A stretch of DNA of 64,000 nt, taken from Ophelia neglecta (Eukaryota). The position numbers and the translations under genes are program-made. A model generated the notes under the pieces. It worked only from the letters and a program-made list of their open reading frames with translations, made no database searches and had not been told where the DNA came from. Every line of letters begins with the position of its first letter. Positions within the stretch are counted from its first letter, which is position 1. The stretch covers positions 43,028,001 to 43,092,000 of the forward strand of contig OZ260663.1 in assembly GCA_965285935.1 (NCBI GenBank), given 5' to 3'. Of the stretch, positions 13,651 to 27,115 are shown piece by piece.

Positions 13651-13791
13651 NNNNNNNNNNNNNNNNNNNNNNNNNNNNNNNNNNNNNNNNNNNNNNNNNN
13701 NNNNNNNNNNNNNNNNNNNNNNNNNNNNNNNNNNNNNNNNNNNNNNNNNNNNNNNNNNNNNNNNNNNNNNNNNNNNNNNNNNNNNNNNNNN
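13651..13791. other. Assembly gap (141 N)
   Basis: Run of N. Confidence 1.
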
Positions 13792-14399
13792 AGATCAGTT
13801 GAAATGTTAGACTTATAAATGCTGTAGAGCCAGCTTATATGTATAGAATAGCTCCTAGCCACTAAAATCCCAGATTAAATGTTAAGAGTAAATGTGCAAC
13901 ATATGTCATTCTCAACGAAACATATACAGAGACGTGGCAGAAGGGGTTGGACAGGCTTAAAACGCGTTTGGTTTCACCAAGGGTAATTCCAATACAACCC
14001 CTTTGTACCTCATTTACTTAAGTTGAAGCATGACAGGGTGTGGGAGTATAAGCTAATACTCACGTTGTCAGTTATTGTTATGCCCTAGTCTGAATGATTC
14101 CGTGACCAATAACGATGTTTCTCTTGATTACCAAGCCAAAGATAGCACAAAGTCGTGTAAAACAAAACGAACATAATTCATTTTCATGACTGGCGAATGT
14201 AACGTTACAGGTCAAGCTATCTTCCCAAGTTGCCTGGCAAAATGGCAACTTGGGATGACAGTTTGTCTAATGACAAACCAAAGTTTGACATCTCAACGAT
14301 GCGAGAATAAGTAACAAGGCACGTATTTTACTGAAAATGTAAATTCCTTAATCTCTGCCAAGCTTAATACCTTCTCCAATTCTCGCCATCAGTTAATTT

Positions 14400-16325
14400 C
14401 TAACCAGGAAAACCGAACAAAGGTAGGTGGCCAGATTGGCGTCGACTTTAAATATCGTGCGTAAACCGTGATGGTGGTCGATTCACTGAAGGTCACCGCA
14501 AGCTGGTACTGTTCGACTTGTTTGTCGCTAAGTAGAAGTATATTGGCTGTCGAATTGACACCAGTGAACGTATATTCCCGAACCCGGAATAGCAAGGGAA
14601 ATGCTGAGGCATATATGGCGGCCAACAAAATTGGATTGCACCTGTTGTTTAGCACCCTCTGACGAAGTCGTATCACTCCGTTTAATATTTCTAAGGAAAC
14701 TAGCCGCCTTACGTCCAATGCCAAGTTAAGGTTTCTAGCGCCTTGTAACATTTTTTTTAACGATAAACGAATCAGTTGGGTCAAGGAACGATCTCTTTAA
14801 AAAAAAAGAAGAAGCGATAACTGGCACGTTTACACATTGATGAGTGGGTGAAATTAGCTTCTTGAAGGGATGCAAGGGTAATACTTCAAATGTAGGTCTC
14901 ATACCACCACGAGCTTGTCGCGTTAATAAAAGGCCACGAGCCGTTTGCGAATGACTAACAGCGGTCGTATTGTCCGAGCAGCTGCGAAGGGGCAGAGGAA
15001 ATCGGATTCGGCTGTTATGAGTGCATGGCCCCAAACAGCCAAAGGGCTATTGCCGAGTAGATTGGGATATAGTTCCTTGATCGTAATGTTATATTTTGCC
15101 CAACTGTGATAATGTTTAACTGACACACAGCGGCAAAACCGAACCCGCAAGTGTCCGCGTGAATGTCTAACTCTTTAATTGGCAGTCATGGTTGTTTTGT
15201 CCATTTAATAAACGATCGCAAGGAACCTAGGCAAGTATAGTTATCAAGTCGCCCTTCTTTATTAAGAATTACTTGGTGGTTCGTTTTGGTATACCGCAAG
15301 TCATGTTGGTGAGGCGTCTAATGAAGGGGCGCCCGGGTACGATCACTTTAAATGCATCATTCATAGATTCCAAGCCGTTTACAATTCACGGTTCGCCTTT
15401 GCGAAAGAGCCTCTAATTTAGCGATAAGCCCTTTCAGCTTGTCCTGCGATAGTTTCATCAACATATTGCTTGTATCGACTTCCATACCAGGCAGCTCAGC
15501 TATCGTTGTCGAGTGTACGGTATTTTCATGTTTTATTGGCAGATTTAACTGGTCAGCCAGGTTGAAAAAGCTGTTTAAACCTTTTTGGCCATACGGACCT
15601 AAGAACATTAACTCTTCCAATATATGGCTCATGTTGCCAACCCCGAAATGGCTTCGTAATATCCATTGAATGGCTACTAAAGTCTAAATGCCTAACGGAC
15701 CCAGTACATTTGGGCGGTGCATGTTTTTGAACGAAAAAAATTTCCGCCCCAGGTAAAGCCAATCAAAACAAACGGAATGCATCAAGTCAGCTTTGGCAAT
15801 AAAGCACCCTTGACCTATTTCCTGCATCAATGAAACTAATGGATCGTAGGAGACGCGTGTTTCCTCCTTTCGTATAAGAGAATTAACCCCTGGGAATGAC
15901 ATTTGGGCTCTTTTGGCGGATAAGATCCGGCGGGGAATATAAAAAAACCGTAGTAGTGGTCGGTCGAAGGGACCTGCCACTCTACCAGATATAACTTCCT
16001 TGTTCACTTGTGTTAGTCGGGGTGAATAGAGCGACCGTTTGCCCTGCTAATTGATGACGGGATTGGGAAGCCATAAGCCATCGGGTTGGAAGCTCCGTTG
16101 GAATACAAAGCTGGGTAATGCCCTGGACATTTCGAGCAAAAGTGTTGTAACCGCAGTGTTTGAAATAACACTACTTGCCGCTCTTGGAAATACGACAGGA
16201 TCTCGTGTGACCTGGTGCTCTTCCAGACACGTTGTTGTTCTGGTGACCTCGGTGTGTTCTAAAACCGGCTTCTTGGCCTTATAATATTTACGGGGCCTTT
16301 TCTCTGGACGGGCAGCGCTCACGGC
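14400..16325 (-). mobile_element. Decayed tyrosine-recombinase retrotransposon (DIRS order, Ngaro/PAT-like): RT - RNase H - YR
   Basis: In order on the - strand across frameshifts: KEVISGRVAGPFDRP, SFPGVNS, GQGCFIAKAD, HILEE (decayed YLDD/HILDD), LPIKHENT..GMEVDT..MKLSQDKL and AFKVIVPGRPFIRRL (~15311-15355) for the RT; GFGFA, ITIKELYP..WG and DNTTAV for the RNase H; then LLAAIYASAF.LLFRVREYT, a YR first-arginine box, in 14389-14784. Confidence 0.85.
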
Positions 16326-18499
16326 CGACCGGGTGCTTATAGCTTCTCTATGGTGCCCGTAGGCCCTAGTGATGTCATATTGACCACGAAATGTTATAAT
16401 GTATATGACTCAAATGCCACAATATACTTTAAACATGTTAAATATGAAATTGCCAGCATTGAAGCCTTCAGCATCATTCGGACATGGGGAAGTGCGCAAA
16501 TTAAGCTTGAGTAAAATATCTTGGTTGATATGTACTGCATCTTATGAATCACGTGAAAACAAGTTGGTTCACCTTATTACAAATATTCAATAAAGTCAGG
16601 GATTTCTATTTAAATTACTTCAAAGTGTACTTATAAACTTACCTGGAGAGTATAAGTCCGTCAGCAGGGGACGTTTTGGCACCAAACTCGAGTCAAATGG
16701 TACCACCTATTTTCTTTTAGCATTTTATCCCCCGTTCCAAAAATGCCTGATATTTATGACAGGTAAGTTATGAATATGTAGTGGCTTAAAGTACGAAACT
16801 ACCCATATGTCAAAACCGTTACTACGCACTCAAAACGGCTAGATTCTGTATATATTTTGCCAAATTAGAACACTATATAAAGGGAAAATTAGGACAAATA
16901 AATTAGTGGATCACCCGCTTTTCTGGATTGGTATGATATTTAATCAAAATGATGTTTACAACTTGATTGATATATAATTTGAATTATTACATGTCTGAGA
17001 GACCAAAATACAATAACAACGCCATAACATGTTTATTGCCATATCGTTTTCCTTTTTACTGGAGAACTACCTACCTAGCTTTGTACTTTGGGTTATGACT
17101 TACTACTGACTAATTGAACAGTTTTATAGTGATAAAACGCATTTCCTTTGATCTCATTGGCAAACACCTCTATTACCGTAACGTTTGAATAATCAGTTTG
17201 CTAGACTAAGTGCAGCTCTCAGACGTCTTCGGGTTGTCCTGACTGGTGTCTGGCGTTCCTGTTCTCCTGTAGTTTCGTGCAGTGTTCATGAATACGACAA
17301 TAATGTTTACGAACAACTTCATCAGGTACCGCACATAATATCTGTATCGGGGAAAAAGAAGTTCTCTTTATTTTAACCTGCCCAGCTCTTCAAGAAAGGA
17401 AGCAATGATTTCTAACGGCCATCACAACATTTTTTGCCAGGCGCGCTAGGAAGACCACATGATTTACTATAGGCTTATGTGTTGCTGTGTTTTGTTAATA
17501 AGCGCATATAAATACTAAACGGAAGAAATCCCTCCTGCTATTGTTATATGCGGAGAATACTGCAAAATATCTCCGGTCACTAGCCATGAAGTGTAACAGG
17601 TTCAATATTATAATTATCAAGGTTTTATTTCCTTCATAGGTACAATTATTATCATTAGGTACAATTATTATCATTAGTGATCCGCAATTTGCTGTTTGAT
17701 TTATTATCATATTCATGCATTTTATGTTTTACGTACACTTTTATTTGTATGCTCTTGTATTTATTATTATTGATGCACCTTTTTATTGTTAATGAATTAA
17801 AAACTACCAATAATAGTTATCCATAGATAATTTTAGCATAAAACTTGAGCATTATATAGTTTTATTCACAAAACTATCTAGAGTTAAATGAAGGCTCACT
17901 TTGTAAATGTTTTACCTAATGTTGACTATATATTTCTGTTTAATCATTAGGCTGATCTCTTCCGAGCGCTGTACAAACTGTGTAAGGAAGTACATGGAAG
18001 TTAAGCACAATGTCACGTACAATGATAACTCAACTAGCTTGTTAACGTGGGCATGTGATAAAATGAAGCGACACAAAAAAGCAAAATAAAGGGGAGAGGG
18101 GCGAAAGTCATGCAATTATTTCTGGCTGTAAGGCGGCATTATGTTAGTTACATAAGCTCACAAAGATAAAAAAGAAAGGAATAGGAGTACGAATCAAAAT
18201 ATACGATGTGATATCTATTAGGATACACAATCGGGTTCAGAGGAGATTTCTCCTATAGTGTAACAAGTTTGCTACGACGCTTTCGACCCCAGAATTCGGG
18301 CTTTCAACACACGCTTGTCTTGTAGGTGAACGTGTAGGTAGCTTTGTACATTCCACTTACACACAGTCCCTTCAGATCAAACCACAATGACGAATGCAAA
18401 GATTGATCACCAAAATCTTAGCAGGCAGTCTGGATAAACAATTAATAACCGTGATTACATCAGATCTGCAGTTTTACTGTCCTATATTGAATGTTCTAT

Positions 18500-20765
18500 G
18501 AGTGTAAACAAATTTAGTAATTTTGTTGCACGACTTGATGTATATGCATGCATGCATGTATGATTTTCGTTGGGTGTGTAGGTATCTTGGTGGTCGATAC
18601 TGGACTGGAAAATGTCAACCAAAAGTCATGTCGATCAGATGAAAATGATGGAGAATAAAGCGGGTGGAACTGCAAAACTTGTTTAGGGAATCTTATCAAC
18701 TTTTTATCATGACTTTTTGTCATGATGCTCTTTGTAAGGGCCGAAAACTGACCAACTGGCCTCTACATATCTGGAACATGACATGATACCGTACTTTGTT
18801 TTATACCTAGCCCTGTAAACTATGGCAGTTATTGCCTCTATCTCAGATCAATTGACCAGCTGCCTCCTGAGCTCCTAGTTCAGTTTCTGAAAGGTGATGA
18901 TGTGATGCGACATAACGAGGGTTTTAGAGTGACATTTGCTCAGACATGTTTATGTACAGCTTTCATGCGATATGGTCACAGCTCAGAGGGACTCGTTTGC
19001 TTTACCACTACATACTGGGGCCCAGGTGGAACTAAGCCTGCATACCTGTATCCACATGAGACATGAGAGATGTATGTAGCGATTCTTACCATGTCATAGT
19101 TCACAAAGAGCAATTGCCAACTTACACACATTGCGATGCAAATGACAAAAAAATGAAAAAAATGCTCTAGAACCTCATACATTATGTAGATCCTTTGAAT
19201 CCTGATAATCACCTCACTGTCACAAACAGTATCATCTCAGGAAAGAAATAAGTGAACAAGTGTGAAGCAAAGTTGCAGGGAAGCTTCAATAGATCCTGAA
19301 CCCAAAAATTATAACAATGGCTGTCAGCAAGAAACCAAGTAACGAGTAAAGGTGGGAGCAACAAAAGCTTTTGAGACTGAACTGATTTATTCCAGAGTGA
19401 TGCGAATGATGCATTTACTTGAGTTAGATTTGCGGAATATCTTTCATTATTAACCAACTTCCATGTTCGAGGACAGTGGGTACATGCGAGTAACAAAACC
19501 AACATTGAAAAAAAATACCTCAAATCGTGCACTCCCCTCGAGCTGTGAAGCATAACTTGCGGCAATGTGTTATTCTTTGGATAATACGCTGGAATACATT
19601 TTGTTCTTTGTTCATTGATGTTCGAGGACAGTGGGGACATTGGAGTAACAAACCAACATTTAAAAAAAATACCTCAAATCGAGCAGTCGGCTCGAGCTGA
19701 GAAGCAGCCGCGAAGTTGTGTTCATTAACCAATGTGATATTCTCTGGATCATACGCTGGCCATCACAAGGCACAGTTCAAGAATTTGTTGATGGCTCTGC
19801 AAGCTATGTGCGTAGCAAACTATGCGCTAGTGACGTCTTTTGACCGCTACAATGAATACAGCATTAAAAATGGGAAGAGAACATCCTCTAACTCTCAAGC
19901 AAGTTGTTTTGAATCTCACAGAACGGCGTTCAAGTCAGTCCTTATTGATAGAATTTGCCAACATCTACTGGCGAAAGTCAAGAATATACAAATTAATGAT
20001 GCCAGTGAAAACACAACGTTGATAACAGTATCCAGGCCTGTTCCTGAAGAAGACACGAGGGGCATCTTGATCTTCAGAAATATGAACTTAAAAGACGTTA
20101 TGAGGAAGCAGATGTACTACTGGTCCAGCAAAGATATGTGCTGGTAACAGGGTCACAGATGAATCCAAGTTATATGTGATGATACCGATGGACATTTTGT
20201 TTGTTCTCAAAGTACAAAATATTTTTTTACGGAAGGAACAAGTAACAGAACATTCACTTATAGACATAGGTGCTACCGCAAAGAAAATTGCACCAATTTC
20301 AACACAACTGCAGCCAGCTCATTATCTCTCTGGATGTGTCACTGTTGCACACATGTGGGCTGTTGGAAAGCAACAGTCGCTTAAGTTCTCTCGAGAGGAT
20401 CAACGTAATTTTGGAGCGTGGAGATCCCGATTCATTCATAACAGAAGTAATCGCAGAGTCCACCACATTGATTACTGCATGTTATGGTAGCAAAGAATTA
20501 ATCAGAAACTAAGAAAATTTATCTATATCAGAAATTCGGTAAGACATGTGGCTCAGCAAATCTGCCAAAAGGAATGTGAATACCAGCCCGAAACTTAAAA
20601 CATTGTCATCAACAAGAGGAGCCATTACGGAAAACGTTAAACGTGAGCACTTTCAAACATTTAAATGGAAGGCAGCACAAAAAGCAGTTTCTCCCAAGCT
20701 TGCTGTTGAAGAATACGAGTGAATGAAGAATGTCCAGTCGAACTCGCTTCCCCCAGTAACAACAC
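18500..20765 (+). mobile_element. Decayed AcademX-like DNA transposon ORF (transposase core plus XPG/FEN1-like nuclease)
   Basis: Frameshifted motifs in the expected order: MHACMIFVGCVGILVVDTGLE; FVRAE..NWPLHI..MIPYF..NYG..LYLRSIDQLP..FLKG..VMRH; SDMF..AFMRYG; PTSMFEDSG; LWIIRWP.QGTV; FDRY..SIK; EEADVLLVQQ; VICDDTD; IDIGATA..AHYLSGCVTV....VGK (H3TH-like GCD motif); PKLKTL...ENVKREHFQ..WK. Truncated before the C-terminal Cys-rich finger. Confidence 0.75.
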
Positions 20766-21699
20766 TAATGTTCAGCAACCACAGCCGGCAGCGCTTCAGC
20801 GCGTAACTTTTCCCTCATGAAAAACATACCCTTTTCCGCGTTTTTGTTCGAGCTGGGAAAAGGAGTGTTTCCCCCTATACTTTCGTTTATACTTTCTGGC
20901 TTCTTATATACATAAATTTAAGATTTCATAACCTACCGTTTGACTAGTCATGTTACAAAGTTCTTTAATGCTACTTCAGAATGAACTGATTCACTGTTTT
21001 CTTTCTCGTTTTTATAACATCTAATATTTCGCCATCAAACTATGGCTCAGTCCGGTGTTTTTATTTTACTTTATTTATTGCTGCGTTTTCTTGAAAAGGG
21101 TCATGAATATATAAATGATGCCAGAATTTTCACATTTTGACAAGGCTTTGTCCATTCTGATTAGCCCAAGCAGTCGGTTTATGCAGCTATGCAGTGTGTT
21201 ACTGTAACATATGACCAGCGCTCTCTGAGAGCAGATGTCATCTGACAATGAGACAGCCCTATGGCATGCTGCATGACATGCATTGGACATGTGGACTGTT
21301 CACATCCCGGGGGCAAAACACCGTCTTGGTGAGACATATTTGTCAGCGGCTTAAACAAACAACCCTTGACGATGTGCGAGTTGTTAGTGGGTTGTCCTCA
21401 CGGGCCAGGAAGTTTACAGCCACCTTATACCAATTAATACAATGTTCCAGTGATAAATAGGGATGGTCATTTTATAGGTTTTCCTTCCTATTCTCTGCAT
21501 GCATGAAAATGAAATAAACCTTTATTCCAACGTTTATCTATCCTGTGGACTGGAGGGCATTTTCATTAGAAAACTTGACACAGAAACAGTTGGATAAGCT
21601 TACACATTTAGTTGGCAATCCTCAGCAAGTAAACTTGAAAAAACAAAGCTTGAAATTGACATTAGAAAGAGGGATAAAAAACCCTGTTAGATATGAATT

Positions 21700-23550
21700 T
21701 GTTTAGCTATTTACAAAAATGCAAATCGTGGGTTGTAAATGTTATTCTTTATTCTTGGCATTGCTAACAAGAGGGAGAACTTCCTCAAAACAGTTCAATC
21801 TGAGCAACAAACTGTTTACACTTTAAGACAATTGAATCCATTCATAACTTCTCTAGTAGTAGGTGTATCGTGCCTGTTCTCTATCGTGCATGTTTACTTA
21901 TTTATTCTTTAAATGGGAGTAAGTTTATTATATCCATGCTGTAAACCAAATTGCCAAATTATTTCTCAATGAAAAAATTGCTTGTGAATAACGGGGAAAA
22001 AACGGCGAAAAGAAATCTCCCTGAGACATCATTTTCACATTTCATAATAACCAGATTTCGCCCAAAGCCTGGAATGTCAACATTGACAAGCAATACCGAT
22101 GCCACATTGTGACAATTTTCTACCTTTTCTACAAACTACGGAGGGTCTTACAATGGAAAGAGGAAATGAGACCGGGCATATGGACATTAAAAGAGAACAT
22201 CAAAACACAAAAATGTTTATCGATCAAGAAAGGGTGGTGAAAAACACCCACTTTAATGAACAATTTTATCCATTGTTAGTAAAAATGATTACAGACATGG
22301 CAGCAGAGCAAAAGTAATACCATGCAGATACGGAAAAACCAGACCTTTTTGATAAATGTTGATGAGCTTGTATCCAAACAAGCTTAAGAGAGGAATATGT
22401 GACAACTTGTCATGCCTGTGGAGCAACTGATGTTCCATGAACAAAGATAAAATGTCCTTGCTGCAAAAGCAATGTCAAAAGTGCTGAACATGAATATTGG
22501 GTATGCTAAAGGACAGAAAAACATATACAGAGAAAACTTCAACGGAAAAACATACTGCCAAAGCAGTATAGGGTTGCCTTCCAGGAAGATGAACCTGATA
22601 AATTCTGACTTGGAATATCAAAAAGAGGAGCCTTTATGTGACGTTTTAGGATCTGTTAAGGATCTGTTAGAGTAACAGAACCAGTATTTTTAAAACCCTG
22701 TAGTTATGAGGCGTGTGCTGTGGTACTGAGGAAAATAGGTAGAGAGCAAGACCATAAATATACGTCCACTTAGGAATAAGTGATAGCACCGAACACATCG
22801 ATATGCATTCTTTAAAAAATTAACAGAGTGAAATGCCTTTAGAATTCGATTGGGTATTGCTTATACACGGACCTGGGCATATGAATGAACACACTGAGAG
22901 GTTTTGTGGAAATGTCCTGGGATATTTTTTGGAGACCATTGGTACAACTGCTGAACTTTAGAACTGAAACGCTTTTGATGTTCCAAAGCTTTTCTGACCA
23001 GCGCAAGGGGTGTCAGCTATGCCGAGTTGCACGTGAGGCACTCATCAAAGAGCTAAAATTTCCCTGGGTTCAAAAACTGCTTAGCACAGACAGCCCGAAT
23101 ATGTCCCAGATGCTTAAATTAAATATTTGATGAGTAACAGTATTCAAGACCACCCATATGTCATGATAGTAACAGACTTAGTATTTTCAAGAACTCTTCG
23201 ACATCAACTTGCTGTGCAGGAAAGGAATTCGCAACGGCAAACCACAACTTGCTTATGTCACAAGGACTAAGTTGGCTAAATTTGTGTCAGGTAGGCATCA
23301 CCCTAGCTACCGCGAAATGCAGACGATGGACAGCATTGATCTGGCAAGATTACCCACTGATTTTATGGAGGCTGTGTTGGTCTATTGGCACTTCTGGCAT
23401 AATTTGCACTAATGAAGGAGCAGATTTCAAACTTGAAAAGGTCAATAAACAGGTACAGGCCTAGCTTCCCAAGGTCCCAACAGGTGTAGATTGGACGAGC
23501 AGCTTAAATATTCAAGGCTACCATTGCGAAAAATAGCCCCAAGTTGTCGA
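21700..23550 (+). mobile_element. Second decayed DNA-transposase-like ORF, probably Academ-related
   Basis: Frameshifted fragments: zinc ribbon CHACG..x..CPCC (~22405-22470), PCSYEACAVVLRKIG, EFDWVLLIHGPGH.MNTLRGFVEMSWDIFW, RKGIRNG..GRHHPSY, EGADFKLEKVNKQV. The G..H / N(H)..Y / D..LE..N spacing parallels the Academ core at 18.5-19 kb. Confidence 0.5.
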
Positions 23551-24778
23551 TGAAGATGCTAAAAACACTTCCGAAAGTTTCACTCTCACTGAGGGGCATC
23601 TTATCAACCAAAGATGAGCATGCACATGCCCCTAAGTCAGATACATTATATTCCCCAACCTGCATTAAAACATCATAATATTATGAACCCTGCGTAGATG
23701 CATTCTATTAATGTCAATCACTTATATTGTAATATTTAATATATTTATAAAAGAATTTGTCACAAAACAAACTTATTTGAAAAAGCATATGATAATTGCT
23801 TGCATGTTTATGACAGTCAACAAGAATTTGTCACAGAACAAAGATTAACTAGAAAATCAATGTACTTAGCTTCGATAATTTGCCATATATAATGAACGTA
23901 ATGTGTATTTATTTGGTGAATAAATCAACACCTCGTTCTGTAGCTGAAAGTTGTTATATCTAGATATACTTGTTTTCAATATCAAATTAAGAATTCTAAA
24001 TCAGAAATCCACACTTGTCTTCTCACTACATTCTGGGTACATTTATTTTTCATTTGGAACCATGTATGCACAAAGTCTGTGACATGAATTACCATTTTGC
24101 ATTAAACGAAGATCCCACTGGGATGTGTTTTATCACAAATCTCATAGCAAACAACACAAATTTATTTCCTCTCTCATTTTTGTAAAATAAATCAGTTTGC
24201 AAAGGTCTGTCAACAGACTCGTGCAAAATAATCATAGGTTGGGCCATAGTTAATTCACCATTGTGACTGCATGAAGGTAGTTGCATATTGTCTGTGTCGG
24301 ATTCATTTGATGTTCTTTTCCTTTCGGTTTATTCAAAACAGTACGTAATGAATCACTTATAGTTTCTGGCTTGTTACTTGTCCTAGCATTCTCTGCAGAA
24401 GGCACAGTCTTTTGGCGAGTATTTTAACGGCCTCTCTTCCTGTCGTTAGAGGAGTTGTACCGCTTTTGGCTTCTGTGCTTTCAGCGGATTAACCCACTTG
24501 AGAGGTTTTTGTGTTTATAGATTTCAGATCTACCGGATATGTCCTTTGTGGTGTGGGATAGGCTGGGTTTAATTACCACTTTTACCACAGTCCGTTTATC
24601 ACTGGCAAATTGAGCTGGGTAGCTGGAACTTCCTCTCACTCTGTTCGAACATGATAGTATTCATGTTTTTTTTCCATCTATGATTTGCTCAGTTTCTCCT
24701 ACTAATTTTCCTTGTACATTTGCAAAACTGATTTTATTTGGGTCAGGATTTCGCATCGCCTTCAACCCAGTGACTCCC

Positions 24779-24835
<57 letters not shown>
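24779..24835. repeat. (TAT)n microsatellite, ~18-19 units
   Basis: Directly visible. Confidence 0.97.
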
Positions 24836-24836
<1 letters not shown>

Positions 24837-27115
24837 ATTAAAATTTCAAGTTTTCTTAGTGTTACAAGAGAAGTACACCGGGCGCATGTGCATAACCGTT
24901 AAACATAAGGGATTCACTTCGACCTTCGACACTACACAAATTACCGTGCTAGACTGCGCTTGAGGTAAGCTACCACGATTTAGGAAATTAAATTGAAATA
25001 AAGGAATCTCCCGCATCTGTTCATGCCTGTTGAGTATTCTGCGACAGATGCAGCACATCCCAGTTGGTAGTAATGAAGATGGGTTCCACGCATCTCTTTA
25101 AAAAACCGATGTGTTGCAAGTTACAACAGGCAGCATTCCATCAATCCCGATTAACCTTCGCCTGAGAATTACAATTAATGAATTTACTGCGCAGGCTGTC
25201 AATACAGTATCTCTTGTTTAGAATGTACTATACACCCACGGGGCTTCGAACCATAGTTCGAAACTGGAGCTCAGAATTAAGGGCATAGGGGTTAAGGTCC
25301 TAGCGGAAAATAACCTGGGCTAGGCTAACGTACGAACGGTGGCGGCTTGGGGGGGGGGGGAGGGGGCCCGCCCCGCCCGCTCAGTAGTCAGCAAGGGGTT
25401 AAGAAGGCGACGTACTAAATACTTCTCATTTAAATTTAACACCGGGAATTTATTTTATTGGTGTCTTCTCCATACCCATAACAGTAAACGGAACCTAAAA
25501 AATAGGTATAATTTCTGAATAAAAAACTTGCAAATGTGTGATTTTCTTTTTGGTTCGATGGTTTCATGGATAACAATCATGCCAGCGCTGATAAATCAGT
25601 AGCCCAGCTCTACAAATACGGTGGACTGGTCATATGCAGCACTGTTACCTGATAGATAGGAAGCTGGACTAGACCTAGTGACGCTTTCCCTGACGGTATC
25701 AGTCTGAATGACCAACTCTTAACTGTTAAAGGACAGCGTTTCTGTGCTCGAGCTTCCTGTATCATATTTATGTTGTACTTTAATGACCTCTCCATCCCTG
25801 CAATCATTTGTTTATTTACATGTCTAAGTATTACCATGTTATATCTGTATGTAAGTTATAAGGAGTTAACCAACCATGCTATACGTAGTTTCCTTTTACT
25901 CTTTAGATTTTACCTCTTTAGATTTCAGAGGGCGGCTTATGCTAAGGATTATACACTCCTCAACAATAATAATTTATTAAACGGTAAAACAGGAATCGTT
26001 TGATACCACAGAGTAAATTATACATGTTTTAAATATAACGTGGGCTATAATCTATAAAACACTCAATTGCACTCCATTTTATCAAAGGCCGTTGTAAGCC
26101 ATCAGACCAAATAATTATGTGCTCTGATGCAATAACGTCTACGCTTTGCACATAGAATGATAATGGCATCAAAAAACACGGAAACATAACAGGGTGAATC
26201 TGCGGTCAGCTTAAATGGCGACTAGAGCTTATTTTTGTGGTCCACACAGAAAACCATATTAAAGTACAAAGGGGATCGATGACACTTACCAGATGATTTA
26301 TCCCTACCGGCAATGCTACCACTTGAAGCGCCGTAGAGGCCGCACTGATGGGGGTCGGCCAAATATCGACGCCTTCTTTAAACCCGAACTCAACGAGGCT
26401 TTAAGCATAATTGTCAAGCTTTAAGCATAATTACAAGCGCGACAGCCTCCCGGCTCCCGAAGAACAGACGGTTTGCCCGGGCTAATCTTGTTATCTTATA
26501 GCTTTATATAATTCTTTAATTACATAGTGTATTTTCACAGACTTGATCCGTCATATAAGAAATTAATTTTGGCACGTGCCACCACAATATGTGCGCCTTT
26601 ACTCTACATCAGTATCTATAAATTAGATTTACTTCAGTGTCAAGTTTGACCTACACTCTGATATCTGAACTTCTCATTTCTAATCTTATTGAACAGCTCA
26701 TATGAATTGGTTTGGGTTTGTGCCTAAAACATTTCCTGTGATTTGTGATTTATTATTTTCTTGCTACTAGAATTTTATATATACCTTTAAGTTGACATGT
26801 TTTTCCTATAAAAAAATAAGCTGCAATATGAAGAGAATAAACTGGAGTGACAATAATATGCAGAATCAAAGGCACAGCCATATCCTGGGGATCACAAACC
26901 AACGATATTTAAAGATCAATTATATAATGGGATTCTCCACAACTATACATCAAGTATTTACTTAAGGTTGTGCATAATGGCATTTTCCGGCAATAGGCAT
27001 ACTAGTAGTTTTATGCAAATGTCGATTGGAATAAGGTTGTGAGTATTTTAATAAATTGGTTAATTCGGCAGACATCACAAAATTATGAACACAAAATATA
27101 ATTAGGATTTAACAC

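Noticed and set aside
13622-13862. ORFs containing X runs (also 50724-51007)
   Set aside because: Artefacts of translating through N gaps.
17265-17330. Possible hammerhead ribozyme on the - strand (CTGATGA...GAAAC)
   Set aside because: Extra bases lie between stem II and GAAA and there is no convincing stem I or III pairing. Similar partial matches near 18280 and 34890 also fail.
25340-25402. piggyBac-like right end (..AAGGGG-TTAA) after a poly-G run
   Set aside because: No matching left TIR was found in the window.
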